A stretch of 63,810 nt of DNA, counting the filler, from Chiloscyllium plagiosum (lineage: Eukaryota), in assembly GCF_004010195.1 (NCBI RefSeq). It is 3 parts of one record of this genome, joined end to end, with 100 filler letters (N's around TTAATTAATTAA, not from the genome) between each part and the next. Parts side by side here need not be neighbours in the genome. Positions count along the whole stretch, not along the records: positions 1 to 30,658 come from NC_057716.1; 2 more parts are not named here. The stretch is one strand, 5' to 3'. The notes under the pieces were generated by a model. It made no database searches. It was not told where the DNA came from and worked only from the letters and a program-made list of their open reading frames with translations. The position numbers were made by a program, and so were the translations under genes. Positions 12,991-25,345 of the stretch are shown here, in pieces. Positions within the stretch are counted from its first letter, which is position 1. Each line of letters begins with the position of its first letter.

Positions 12991-13154
12991 TTTTATGTGG
13001 TTCAACATCCCAAAAGGCTTCATAGGAGCACACCAGGAAAAATAATCAACTCTCACCCACTTAAGGTATTAGGACGTGGCTTATTCAAAAAGACAAGTGG
13101 TGTTTTAAAGAAGGAGAAAGAGATGTAGGTTGGTAATTCAGAGTTAGACAACTG

Positions 13155-13790
13155 AATGCAAAAGAAGTAGGGGAGGCTATGACATAGTGGACTATCATTG
13201 AATCGGAAGACCAGGATTATGTTTGAGGGACATAAACAGAAATTACTGGAGAAGCTCAGCAGTTCTAGAGAGAACTCTGGAGAGAATCAACTTTTCATAC
13301 CCATGGCTGTGCTTTCTCTCCAAAGATGCTGCCAGACCTGCTGATTTCTTCACCTATTTCTGTTCTTATTTCGGATTTCCCACATCCACCATTCTTTATT
13401 TATGCGTTTAAATCCCACCATGACGGTTGGTGAAATTTAAAACAAATGTAAATCTGAAACAAAAATGTAGCTTAATGGTGACTATGTGAGCCCTGTTGAA
13501 TGTTGTAAAAACCTATCAGGTCTGGCAGCATCTTTGGAGAGAAAGCATAGCCATGGGAATGAAATGTTGTTTTCTCTCCAGAGTTCTCTCTAGAACTGCT
13601 GAGCTTCTCCAGTAATTTCTGTTTATGTCCTGTTGTAAAAAGCTATCAGGGAAGGAAATCTGCCATCCTTACCTGGTCTGGCCTACATGTGGTTCCCATC
13701 CCACAACAATGTAGTTGATGCTTAGCTGCCCAATGGGCAATTAGGGATGGGCAGTAAGTGCTGGGCCTGGCCGTGAACAAATTTTTAAAT
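13155..13790 (+). mobile_element. tRNA-head SINE (family of 48210-48570) interrupted by a Penelope/MER6-like fragment and by an inverted copy of it
   Basis: SINE body (aaatcccacca...gggaaggaaatctgccatccttacctggtctggcctacatgtg...gggcaattagggatgggc). 13228-13340 is the reverse complement of 13517-13630. Confidence 0.7.
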
Positions 13791-13804
13791 AGTAAAAGCG
13801 GCCA

Positions 13805-14355
13805 GAGTCATAATGGCATGGAAACAATTCAGTCCAATAATCGATGCCAAACATAAACCCAAACTATACTGGTCCCACCTGTCTGCCCCAGCCCACATCC
13901 TTCCAAACTTCCCTATTCATGTATCTATCCAAATGTCTTTTAAACATTGTAATTAGATTACATTACAGTGCGGAAACAGGCCCTTCGGCCCAACAAGTCC
14001 ACACGACCCGCCGAAGCGCAACCCACCCATACCCCTACATTTACCCCTTACCTAACACTACGGGCAATTTAGCATAGCCAATTCACCTGACCTGCACATC
14101 TTTGGACTGCACATAATTGTACCCACATCCACCAATTCTACAGTAAGTTAATTCTGCACACAAACCACCCTTTGTGCAAAAACATTGTCCCTCATGTCAT
14201 TTTTAAATCTCCCTCCTCTCACCTTAAAAATGTGCCCCAAGTCTTGAAATACCCCATCCGAGGGAAAAGACATTAACCCCATCTATACCCCTCTATTTTA
14301 TAACTACTATCAGATCACCTCTCAACCTCCTACACTCCAGTGAAAAAAATCCCCA
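13805..14355 (-). mobile_element. CR1 3' end containing a nested HE1-SINE 3' fragment (~13953-14109)
   Basis: Reverse-complement CR1 3' UTR and ORF2 end. The nested young HE1 tail is attagattacattacagtgcggaaacaggcccttcggccc... Confidence 0.75.
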
Positions 14356-15165
14356 GAGAGCAAATAACGAGGATAGAGTTAGGCCATGGAGAGATTTGAT
14401 CAGAAAGGCTGACCATTTAAAATTCGAGACATGAGTCAATCACGGTGAGTGAGCACATGGGCAATGAATGACGATAAACATAAGTGCCGTCAAAGAATGA
14501 GAGAGCATCGTTTGACTAGTGGTTAACCCTGTTCCGAAGCCATTTGAATCTTACAAGACTATTCTCCACCTGCTACTGCACCCTATGCACTACCCTCCTG
14601 TACATTCTGGGGATACAGATATCTCGAAAGTCATTATGGCTGGATCTAATGCAAGAAGTCCAACACGAAAGCTCTGTAATCAGAAATGGGACAAGGGGGT
14701 TGCTGACTGGAATGCTGGCAGTTCAAGGCTGCTGGAATTTTAAAAGCTGACGTCTCCACACCATGAAACGAATGGAAAGCGAGAATCGCTGCTCAGTAAA
14801 GGCATCCGCTCCTGATCGATTTGCAATGAAGACATTTCTGTACACTTCAGAAAATTGACCAAAATAAAGCACAGGACGCCATAAACTTGCGCCCAAGTAG
14901 TTTCACTTGTGACTTGTGTAGCGAGTGAGCTGACTGCTCTAACAGTTCAGAGCTGCCTTTTCTCTGAAGTGTCTTGCACAAGAAAGCGGACCCTCCTGTG
15001 ACAGTGAGATATTTTACACTTCAAATGATCCAGGTTAATGAGACTGTCTCTTCAAATGAGGAACGTCAGCGCACAGCTTGACAGGAAAACAAAAGGCAGG
15101 AGGTGGGGGAGGGACAATACAAAAAGGACTCAACTTTCGCGTCAATAGATTGTGTTAGAAATGCA

Positions 15166-15184
15166 CAGCAACCCCTAGTGGCTC
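15166..15184 (-). promoter_or_regulatory. Candidate CTCF site
   Basis: CAGCAACCCCTAGTGGCTC resembles the reverse complement of the CTCF core (AGCGCCCCCTAGTGGC) and lies in a repeat-free stretch. Confidence 0.35.
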
Positions 15185-15948
15185 AGCTGGAATTTAGCAC
15201 AATCTGAATCGTGCTGCTGCTGTTGTAATCATAAGATAGTCCCCAGACTTGGTGCAGCGCGGGACAGTAATTGGCTTTGACAGATCTGTGCATTGCACGC
15301 TCCTCCATTGCTATTTTATTCCTCCCTTCTCTCATCCAGGAAGGAACTGCACTGGTCTAATGAAACACAGCGACTGTACCTTCATGTTACCAAGCGCAGC
15401 AACGCTCTCCAGCACGTTAAAGCTAAAAACCATCTCCAATGGACTCCTTCAACAGCCTAACATTGATCTTCTGTTTAAGGGAAAATTAGAGGTGCGGAGA
15501 GTTAGGAAGAGAAAACTGCCTGTTGATATCAAGTGGTGAATCTCAAGTGCTCATTCGCTCGCCTCAGTGCTTTGTAACTAGAGCTGTAGCTCATCACGAG
15601 ACTGAAATACGCAGAAGCTAATTAGTTCATTGTGTTGTCTCATGAGCTGAAAAGATGCAATCTCTCTGTTTTGTTGTCGGGAGGAAAAGACAGAAAAAAG
15701 ATTGAATCAATTATATATTAATAAGTATTCAGTCTCTTTGTGGCTATTCTTAGTGGTTTTAGACAGCACTCCACCCACACTCCGAAATGCAGGGTTGTTA
15801 CATCCTCTGCCTTTGCAGTGTGGTACAAAACAATTCACAGTTATCATCCATCCCTCTCCCTGCCAACTGAGGATGAACCAGAATGCCCTGGTGTCATGAT
15901 CGAATATGTTACCACATTCCCACCACTGCCTGTATAGAATTACAATCC

Positions 15949-16509
15949 TGAGCTGAAAATGTGTTGCTGGAGAAGTGCAGCAGGTCAGGCAGCATCCAGG
16001 GAGAATCGACGTTTTGGGCATAAGCCCTTCTTCAGGAATGAGGAAAGTTTGTCCAGCAGGCTAAGATAAAAGGTAGGGAGGAGGGATTTGGGGGAGGGGC
16101 GTCAGAAATGTGATAGGTGGAAAGAGGTCAAGGTGAGGGTGATAGGTCAGACTGGGGTGGGGGCGGAGAGGTCAGGAAGAAGATTGCAGGTTAGGAAGGC
16201 GGTGCTGAATTCGATGGATTTGACTGAGACAAGGTGGGGGGAGGGGAAATGAGGAAACTGGTGAAATCCGAGTTCATCCCTTGTGGTTGGAGGGTTCCTA
16301 GGCGGAAGATGAGGCGCTCTTCCTCCAACCGTCGTGTTGTTGTGGTCTGGCGATGGAGGAGTCCAAAGACCTGCATATCCTTGATGGAGTGGGAGGGGGA
16401 GTTGAAGTGTTGAGCCACAGGGTGGTTGGGTTGGTTGGTCCGGGTGTCCCAGAGGTGTTCTCTGAAACGCTCCGCAAGTAGCCGGCCTGTCTCCCCAATA
16501 TCTCCCCAA
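15949..16509 (-). mobile_element. Penelope-like element, 5'-truncated, retaining the GIY-YIG endonuclease C-terminus and 3' end; 16-bp TSD
   Basis: Minus ORF IGETGRLLAERFREHL...PVAQHFNSPSHS...RRLEEERLIFRLGTLQPQGMN. TATAGAATTACAATCC at 15933-15948 and 16510-16525. Confidence 0.9.
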
Positions 16510-16805
16510 TATAGAATTACAATCCCTATACTGTGGGAGCAGGTCATTCAGCCCATCAATTCCTCTGAAGAGGAGCATCCCACCCAGACCCATCCCATTC
16601 CTGTAAACCTGCATTCCCCATGGCTAACCCACCTAGCCGGCACATCTTTGGACTGTGGGAGGAAACTAGAGAACCTGAAGGAAACCCACGTAGACACAGA
16701 GAAAACAAGCAAACTCTACCCAGACATCACCCAAAGGGTGGAATCAAAGCCAGGTCCTTGGTGCTATGAGGCAGTAGTGCTAACCACTGAGCCACCGTTC
16801 TGCCC
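16510..16805 (-). mobile_element. HE1-type SINE
   Basis: cacatctttggactgtgggaggaaac...gcagtagtgctaaccactgagccaccg. Confidence 0.85.
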
Positions 16806-16839
16806 AATACAGCCCTGTTATCATCAAATCCACTGCTGA

Positions 16840-17222
16840 AATCCTCATCTATGTTACTGTTACCTTCAAACTTGCCTTTTCTAATTCTCTCCTGGCTGGC
16901 TTCCCATTTTCTGCCCTACATCAAATTCAGCTCATCTGGAACTCCACTGCCTGTACTTTAACTTGCACAATTTCCTGTTGACCTTGTTTTTGCTGACTTA
17001 TGTGGACTCCCAATTTGACCATATTTTCAATGGTAAAGTTTCCATCTTTGCTTTCAAGCCCCTCTAAGACCACATCCTCTGTATCTCTATGACTTTCAAC
17101 AGCCCTGCAACTTGTAGAGGCCTCTGAATTGCACCCCTTCTAGCTACTTGCACATCCCTGATCACCTTCACTCCACCACTGGCAATTGTGCTTTCAACCA
17201 GCTCGGGCGCAAGCTGTTGAAT
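16840..17222 (+). mobile_element. Degenerate L2 LINE 3' fragment
   Basis: ctaattctctcctggctggc...cagctcatctggaactccactgc...ccactggcaattgtgctttcaacc, resembling the L2 copy at 36790-37960. Confidence 0.5.
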
Positions 17223-17224
17223 TC

Positions 17225-17995
17225 ACAGAATCACAAAAGTCTTACAGAGCAGAAGGTGACCATTTGGCCACTTCTGACTGTACCAGCCTTTCAGATCAGC
17301 ATCATTAACTAGCTTTTTTCTCAATCCCTAGCACAATTTTACCCAAATAACCATCCAATGTCCTCTTGAGAGTCTCATTTGAACCCACTACATGTTCAGA
17401 CAGTGCATTCCACACCCTTTTTATTACTTCTGCACTCTCTCCAGCATGTTTCCATCTTTCCAATAATGTGGCACTTACTTTTTCTTGCATCTCTCTTGTT
17501 ACTTTTGCGAATCACTTTAAAGCCTTGCCCTTTCAGTATTGTTCCTTTTACAAGTAGGATCAGTTTTTGCCTAATTATTCCATCCGATCCATTTATGATT
17601 TTGAACACCTGTATCAGACCTCCTTTTAGCCTTCTTCTCTCCAATGAGAAGAGTCCCAACAATCAATCCAACATTACTGAAGTTTCATTTTTCAGGAACC
17701 ATTCTTGTAAATTACTTATGCACTCTCTTCAGCGTGTTTCCATCTTTCCAATAATGTGGCACCCATAATTATACACAAGTCCTCAGCTGGGGGCTAACAA
17801 ATGTCTTACACAAGTTTAACATCGCCTCCTTCCTCTTGTATCCTTTTTAATAAAGCCATGGATACTGTATACTTTACTTACTTCATCTGTTCTGCCACCT
17901 CCAGGTTCCTCTGTCCCTGCACCTCACACACATCCCTCCCCTTAGAATTGTACCCCCTCCCCCAGTTGTATTGTCTTTCAATATTCTTCCTGCTG
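17225..17995 (-). mobile_element. CR1 3' portion
   Basis: Minus ORF LGLFSLERRRLKGGLIQVFKIING. Confidence 0.8.
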
Positions 17996-18009
17996 AACTG
18001 GATCCCCTC

Positions 18010-18222
18010 ACAATTAGCTCAGTTGGCTGAATGGCCAGTTGCTGGTACAGAGTAATACTAACAGCATGGGTTCAATTCCTGTACCAGCTGAGGTTGCCAG
18101 AAAGGTCACACTTTCTCAACATTGCCCTTCGTATGTGACATGGTGACCCTCAGGTTAAACTTCCATCAGTCACCTCTCTGTAATGAGACAGTAGTCCTCT
18201 GGAGCACTGGTGACTTTATATT
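18010..18222 (+). mobile_element. tRNA-derived SINE (distinct family)
   Basis: A box TAGCTCAGTTGG and B box GGTTCAATTCC, then a body ending ggtgactttat. Confidence 0.7.
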
Positions 18223-19208
18223 TATGTTATAGATGATTTTGAGACCACTCCTTTGTATTGTCTGCCAGTCTTTTCTCATAATTCCTCTTTGTTTCTCCTA
18301 TTTACTTTCTTACCTCCCCTCTGGACCTTCAGTGTACCTCTTTGTTCTCAATTGTATTTTCTACATAATACCTGTCAAAACCATACTCTCTGTGCACCTC
18401 ACAATCTCTCTCTTCTTCTTTAAGCTGCTCATGAATGCCAAATCTTTAACCAAAGCTTTGATCATATGGTCGTGGCAGGGGATATCAGGGCCAGGGCCCA
18501 AAGTTCCAGGAAGCCTGCTCTGCTTATTTTGAAGACAAGCCCTCTGTGCTTGGGTCAGGTTCTCAGGCTAGGAGCAGCACAGGAGCTCATTATTCTGTCT
18601 CTGCTCCTGCATATAAACTCTAATGTCTCCTTGTTTGTCTCAGCATCAAACTTGTCTCAGACTTTATTCATGCGACTGCTTTTAAATTACTGTGGTGTGT
18701 GGTGAGGTTGAGAAGATGCTACATGAATGTATATCTTTCTTCCTTCATCCCGGGGCTGAAATGGCTAGAGGTTTTGTCACAAGTGGTGGAGTTAAAGGAT
18801 ACAAAAATGAGCAGAAGTTCAGAGTTAGACAGAAATGTTTTAAAACTGAAGATATTACAAAAACAGTGAAAGGATATTACTGACAGCATGTAAGAATGGG
18901 GAGCTTTTTCTTTAAGGCTACATTTTATACATGTGAGTATCACTGGAAGTGTTCATGCTTGGGGATTTGATGTCCCCAGTGATGTGTTACATCATACATT
19001 TAGTATGTCAGAGTACCTGTAAGAGACATGCTCGTGACATCATCACTGTATTAGAATCTGCGACGTGTGCATATAAAGACCTCAGATTCCATCTTACTTG
19101 GGGTCACTTGAAGCATGACGTGTTGGTGAAAGTATACTTCTCTTCGTAACAATAGTTCAATATTAGCTTAGAATCTGAAGTACCTGATTTGATTTTATTA
19201 TTGTCACA

Positions 19209-19500
19209 ATGTGGCTCAGTGGTTAGCATTGCTACCTCGCAGCACCAGGGACACAGGTTCAATTCCAGCTTTGGGCGACTGTCTGTGTGGAGTTTGCACA
19301 TTCTCTCCATGTCTGCGTGGGTTTCCTTTGGGTGCTCTGGTTTCCTCCTATAGTCCAAAGATATGCAGGTTAGGGTGGATTGGCCATATTAAACTGCCCA
19401 TAGGTTAGGTGGATTATCCATGGGAAATGCAGGGTTACAGATTGGGATGCTTTTCAGAGGGTTGGTGAATATCCTGCTTCCATAGTATAGGAATTCTATG
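19209..19500 (+). mobile_element. HE1-type SINE
   Basis: gtggctcagtggttagcattgctacctc...ggttcaattcc...tgtgtggagtttgcacattctc...attctatg tail. Confidence 0.88.
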
Positions 19501-19784
19501 TACTGCGTTACAGTTAAAGGTTTGTTTTATGCACTATCCAGGCAAATCATACTGCACATCCGAGTAATAGAAAGCAGATTGTAGTGATTATGACAGATTT
19601 AAAATTGACATTTGAAAGTATAGAACAATTATAATAGATGTAAGGAGAGGATCTGCTGGGAACAGCATGCAAAGAGTCACACACTCTGGTGCCATCGTGC
19701 GAAGAAAAAGTTTGTATATACCAGGATCTGTAACAAAATTTGCTGCATCTTTCAAAACAGCAATTGCCACATCCAGTTCTTATG

Positions 19785-20587
19785 TTATAGAAGTGGAGAG
19801 AAACGTTGCTACGTTGGGTAAAAGTACCAGGACTTATACATATAACAATAGGGTCCTGGTGAATGTTGCCAAACAAAGAGACCTTTGAGGTGCAGGTTCA
19901 TATTTCCTTGAAGATGGAGTCACAGGGAGACAGGATAGTGAAGAAGACATTTGGTGTAATTGCCTTTATTGGTCAGTGCATTGAGTACAAGAGTTGGGAG
20001 GTCATGTTGTGGCTGCACAGGACATTGGTTAAGCCACTTTTGAAACTTTGTGTTCAATTTTGGTTTCCCCACTACAGGAAAGCTGTTGTTAAACTTGAAA
20101 GGGTGCAGAAAAGATTTACAAGGATCTCGCCAGGGTTGGAGTTACAGGGAGAGGTTGAACAGCCTGGGGCTGTTTTCCCTGGAGCGTCCAAGGCTGAGGG
20201 GTGACCTCAATGAGGTTTATAAAATCATGAGGGTTATGGATAGGGTGAATAGCAAAGGTCTTTTTCCCAGGGTAGGGGAGTCTAAAACTAGAGGGGCATA
20301 GGTTTACAGTGAGAGGGGAAAGATTTAAAAGGAACCTAAGGGACAACCTTTTCACACAGAGGGTGGTACGTGTATGGAATGAGCTGCCAGAGGAAGTGGT
20401 GGAAGCTGGTACAATTACAGCATTTAAAAGGCATCTGGATGGGTATATGAATAGGAAGGGTTTAGAGGAATATAGGCCAAATGCTGGCAAATAGGACTAA
20501 ATTAATTTAGGATATCTAGTCGGCATGGATGAGTTGGACTGAAGTGTGTGTTTCCATGCTGTACATCTCTATGAATCTGTGACTCTA
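19785..20587 (+). mobile_element. CR1 LINE 3' portion
   Basis: ORFs with LERVQKRFTR, RLRGDL and FTQRVVRVWNELP; tail ctctatgaatctgtgactcta. Confidence 0.92.
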
Positions 20588-21169
20588 CCCTGCTGGAGGT
20601 GAAGTCCACACCATGATGGCAGTTCACCCAGTGAACAAGCACCCTCTCCCTTCACTCTGGTACCAAATCTGAATCCATGCCTAGACTATTCAAACTATGA
20701 AAGTTGTGTAGGGGCTGCAATGCAAAATGAGCTTATATCAGGCAGACCCAGCCTCGAAACTGTAGTAATGAATTGACTGATAAAATGACAATCTTTCTGA
20801 AAAGGAATAAAAGGGATGAAACTGACTCCAGCTGCAGTGAGCCTTGCACTCAAGTGAATTTTCTGATGTTTTACTCCACACATAACTGTGGCACACCAGA
20901 CTGGAAAAGTTGGAAGGCTGTTGATACCCAGAACTGAGCTCCATTCCAAGTTGCAGCATCACCCCCTTCAATGTGAATCCTAACACTGACAGCAAAAGAA
21001 CAAAGCATGACTCTAAGCATTAAACACATGTGAGTGGAGAGGGAGGTCCTCTGGACCTGAATTGATAAGGAAGATGCATCAAACCTCTGTGGAACGTTGA
21101 AAGATTGAGGAAATTAAGAATTGGATCATATGGGAAGCCACAAAAACCTAGGTTAAATTAAAAAGGACT

Positions 21170-21390
21170 TTAATGTTATCTATTACCTTATTTCTTTACC
21201 TTTCTACTTATTCTATGAAGGTAATGTTTAACGTTTAATTCTGTTTCTCTGACTACTTTGTTCTTAAGTTTTTGTAACTAGGTGCCTTGGTACCTAAGAT
21301 GGTGCTATGTGTGGTGACATTATACGCTTTTCACTGCATCTTGTACTTCTGTACTTGAGTACACATGACAATAAAATCTGAATCTAATTT
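21170..21390 (+). mobile_element. 3' tail of a Rex1/Babar-like non-LTR element
   Basis: gtacctaagatggtgc...acatgacaataaaatct. The same tail occurs at 25245-25345, downstream of an RT remnant. Confidence 0.45.
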
Positions 21391-21589
21391 AAATTTAAAC
21401 TGTGGAAGCTTACAGAAAGAGGGTAGGACCCTGTGTCCTTCAGAATTGATCAAATACAAAGAGACAGACATTTTGTCAAAAATCAAATTTTCCCAGGCAA
21501 CGTTCTTCACGGCAAGGAAAGATGGATGCCTGCCACTTCTGTAGCAGTTGGTACAAACTCAGGGGATCCAAGGTGCTGAAATCGTTTTG

Positions 21590-21930
21590 CTTTGTGGCCA
21601 CAAAGGAAAGTGGCAACTAATTTGTGAACAGCAAACTCTCACAGATAGTCAGAACATTGTTGACCATCTGCACTTCAGGTGTTAGTTGAGGGATAAATAT
21701 TGGCCAGGATCACAGGGAAAGCCCCCCCGAACACAGGCAAAAATAGTGCCATGAGATCTCTTTTGTCCATTTGAGAGGTCTGACAGTGATTTGGTTTAAC
21801 ATTTCCTGATTTCAACAGTACCTTCCTCGCCCTATATTTAACCAGGAGTGACAAACCTAGGTTTTGTGCTTAAAGCACTAGAGTAGGACATGAACCCTCA
21901 ACCCTGAAATCAGGCAATATTGCTACCGAC
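21590..21930 (-). mobile_element. DeuSINE-type SINE
   Basis: gttgagggataaatattggccagga...aatagtgccatgagatctc...gagtaggacatgaaccc. Confidence 0.65.
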
Positions 21931-22507
21931 TGATCACTGGAGCCAGTGGCTGCTATTCCCCCGAAGGTCCAAGGCAAAAAGCAGCTCAGAAATGCACACA
22001 AACCCGGTTAGTCATGGCTTAATTTTTGGAATGTGATACATCAAAGTGCATTTATGTCTTTTGAAGAAAAAAATGACTTAGATCTGAGATGTTTGGACGT
22101 CAAAGCAAGAAAGATTGAACTACAAAGGGATTCAAATGGCTGCAAGATGTTCCGAGGAGAATATTGTTCCTTTTACAAAACTCAAAGAGGAAGAAACTGT
22201 GTGACGCCAGTGCAGAGGCAGTTTCGGTACATGGTGTCTGAGTAATTACTTTGGAAATGCTCACCATTCCCCTTATCAAGTTGCTGATCATAACTTCCTC
22301 GCTGGAGACAGCTGAGTTCTTAATCCAGCTCAGCCCCTGTGTCAAAAATAAATAGAGTGTAGCAGCTCGCACCTGGAAGGGAGGATTACTGTTAAAACCA
22401 GGTGTCTGCAGGAGATGGGAGTGACATGGAATGGTGTCTCCTGGGGCTGGAGCTTTGAGTCGCAGCATTTATTTATATGATGGAAAAACCAAACTGTGGG
22501 GACTTCC

Positions 22508-24485
22508 ATAGAATCATCAAGTCATACAGCAGTGAAACAGGCCCTTCGGCCCACCATGTCAATGCCAACCAAGAAACACCAAACTATACCAATCCCATTT
22601 ACCGTGTGCTTGGTCCATGCTATGCCCTGGCATTTCATGTGCTCATCCAGGTGCTTCTTAAATGTTACAGAGTACCTGCCTCCCACCACCCACACTGGCA
22701 GCATTTTCCATATCTCTACCATCCACTGGGTTAAAATATTCTTTCTCAGATCTCCTATAAACCCTTTACCCCTCACATTAAACTTGGTCTTGGACACGTC
22801 TGCCATGGGGAAGAGATTTTCTCAATCTGCTCTGTCTATACCTTTCATCGTTTTGTATACCTCCATCTGATTTCCCCTCAGCCTCCTTCTGCTCCAAGGA
22901 AAACAACCCAAATCCAGTCTCTCCTCGTAACTGAGACTTTTCACCCCAGGCAACATCCTGGTGAACCTCCTCTGCACCCTCTCCAGTGCAGTCATGTCTT
23001 TCCAATAGTGTGGTGACCAGACCTGCACGCGATATTCCATCTGTGGCCTGACCCATGTTTTATAAAGTTGTAACAAAAGTTCCTTACTCCATATTCTGTG
23101 CCGGTGCCAATGAAGGCAAGCATCCCATATGTTCTGTTCACCACCCTGTCTACCTGTGCTGACACCTTCAGGGATCTGTGGACTTGTAAACCAAAATCAC
23201 TTTGTTCCTCAGTACTCCCTAGGGGCCTACCATTCATTGTATATGTCCTTCCCTTGTTGGACTTCCCAAAATATATCACCTCACACCTATTAGGATTAAA
23301 TTCCGTCTGCCATTACTCTGTCCAATTTACCAGCAGATCAATGTCAGACTGTAGTCTGAGACCATCCCCCTCACTATCAACAATACCACCAATTTTTCGT
23401 GTCATCTTCAAACTTACTAATTATATTTTGTACATTCACATCCAAGTTGTTAATGTAAATAACCAACAGCACAGGTTCCCTGCACCAATGCCTGGAGAAC
23501 ACCTCTGGTCACAGGCCTCCAATTACAAAAACAACTCTCCCCCACCACCCTTTACCTCCTATTTTGAAGCCAATTTTGGATACAGTTTGCCTTGGATCCC
23601 ATGGGCTCTTACCTTATGGACCAGCCACCCATGAGAGACCTTGTCAAAGGTCTTATTGAATCCATATAAACTGTATCACTGAATGACCCTCATCAATACA
23701 TTTAGTCACATTTTCAAAAAACTCAATTAAATAAGTCAGACAGGATCACCCTCTAACAATACCTGTTATCAATCCCTGCCTTTCAAGTTTTGATTAATCT
23801 TGTCCCTCAGAATTTTTTCAAATAATTTCCCTACCACTGACCCAGTCTGTAATTACTTGACCTATCCCTGGTGTCCTTCTTGAATGAAAAAAACAACATT
23901 AGCTCTCCTCCAGTCATCTGGCATTTCACCTGATTCCAGCAAGATATTAAATGTCTCTGTCGGGAGCCCCAGCAATTTCCTCCCTTGCCTCCCAAAGCAC
24001 CGTAGGATATATCTCATTGGGCCCTGGGGATTTGTGCAACTGTATTCCCATTTAAACATCCAATACCTCCTCTGTATTAATCCGAATATGTTTGAGAACC
24101 TTACTATCCCAACCAATATCGCTGGCTTTAGTGTATGGTTTTCTCCTCTGTGAATACAGATGAAAAGTATTCAATTTAAGATTGGCTCTATGCACAGGTT
24201 GCCCCCTTGGTCTCTAATAGGTCCCACCCTCTCTCTGGTAATCCTCTTGTTCTTAATATGCTTATAAAAAGCCTTGGAGTTTTACTTGGTCCGATCTGCC
24301 AAAGCTGTTTTGTGGTCCCTCTTTGCCCTCCTAATTTCCTTTTAAAGCAACCTCCTACACTCTCCCAAATGGCCTCCCCTGTTTTTAATGCATTGTACCT
24401 GACATATGTTTCTTTCTTTTTTTCTTCATCAGTCTCTTAATATTCAATTACATCTGGGGTTTCCAGGACTTGCTGCACCTGCCCT
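22508..24485 (-). mobile_element. ~2-kb CR1 LINE ORF2 remnant
   Basis: Minus ORFs GEMPDDWRRANVV, YFGKSNKGRTYTMNG and LERVQRRFTRMLPG; 3' UTR at the left end. Confidence 0.9.
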
Positions 24486-24559
24486 TCTCTCTTGGAATTC
24501 CTTGTAAGCAGTAACCTACTCATACTGCTTTTGTCCAACATGTGCATATATTTCCACAT

Positions 24560-24862
24560 ATTGCCCATAGTATCCAGATTAGCCATGAGAAATGCAAAGT
24601 TACAGGAATAGAGAAGGGGAGGGGAGGGGTGCGGTGATAGGTCACTCTTCGGAGAGTCGGTGTGGACTCGATAGGCTGAATGGCCAATTCACCTGACCTG
24701 CACATCTTTGGACTGTGAGCGGAAACCGGAGCACCCGAAGGAAACCCACGCAGACACGGGGAGAATGTGCAAACTCCACACAGACACCCTCACCCAAGGT
24801 GGAATCGAACCCAGGTCTGTGGCGCTAAGAGGCACATGTGCTAACCACTGAGCCACCATGCT
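24560..24862. mobile_element. HE1-type SINE with 5' half on the minus strand and 3' half on the plus strand
   Basis: 24682-24860 is the reverse complement of head and V-domain. 24560-24685 is the forward 3' half. The junction is at TGGCC. Confidence 0.7.
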
Positions 24863-25039
24863 GCTCTTACTGAGCCACCACATCTCAGTCTGAAGTGGCC
24901 CTCTCCAAATCCTGAGACCTTGACGGCTTGTTGTGATGTCACCAAGTTGAGCCCACTGGCTGTGCTCCATTCAAATAGATGGTGCCCATGTCGCAGAAAA
25001 GCACTGGTTTAAGTCCCGCTCTGGGTTTTGTGACCATGG

Positions 25040-25345
25040 AGTGGGTCTTTGCAAAACTGTGCAAGCAGGTTGATGATCAATCTGCTAATCCTTCCGGCAA
25101 ATACACTCACTGCCCCCCCCCCAATGAACTATTCCTCAATTGGTAAAGGTACACAAGAAGACATGAAATTGACAATTGAGGAATCTGTCCACTCCCCCAC
25201 AGGCTACATCTGGCTGTACAATGATTTCTAACTTACCCCACCTCTTGTACCTAAGATAGCATTGTGTGTGGTGACATTGTACATTTTTCACCGTACACTT
25301 GTACCCTAAACTTGAGTGCACATGACAAAAACATCAAGTCTAAAA
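25040..25345 (+). mobile_element. Rex1/Babar-like RT remnant plus tail
   Basis: ctattcctcaattggtaaaggtacacaagaagacatgaaattgac resembles an L.LN..KTKE.I.DF RT segment; shares its tail with 21170-21390. Confidence 0.4.

Noticed and set aside
14519..15539. Short ORFs (14519-14743, 14544-14750, 15249-15539) as a novel gene or NRP2 first exon
   Set aside because: No recognisable homology or signal peptide, non-ATG starts, and no consistent splice structure.
18010..18090. tRNA gene
   Set aside because: A and B boxes are present, but there is no clean cloverleaf or T-run terminator and it continues into a SINE body. The same applies to the HE1 heads.
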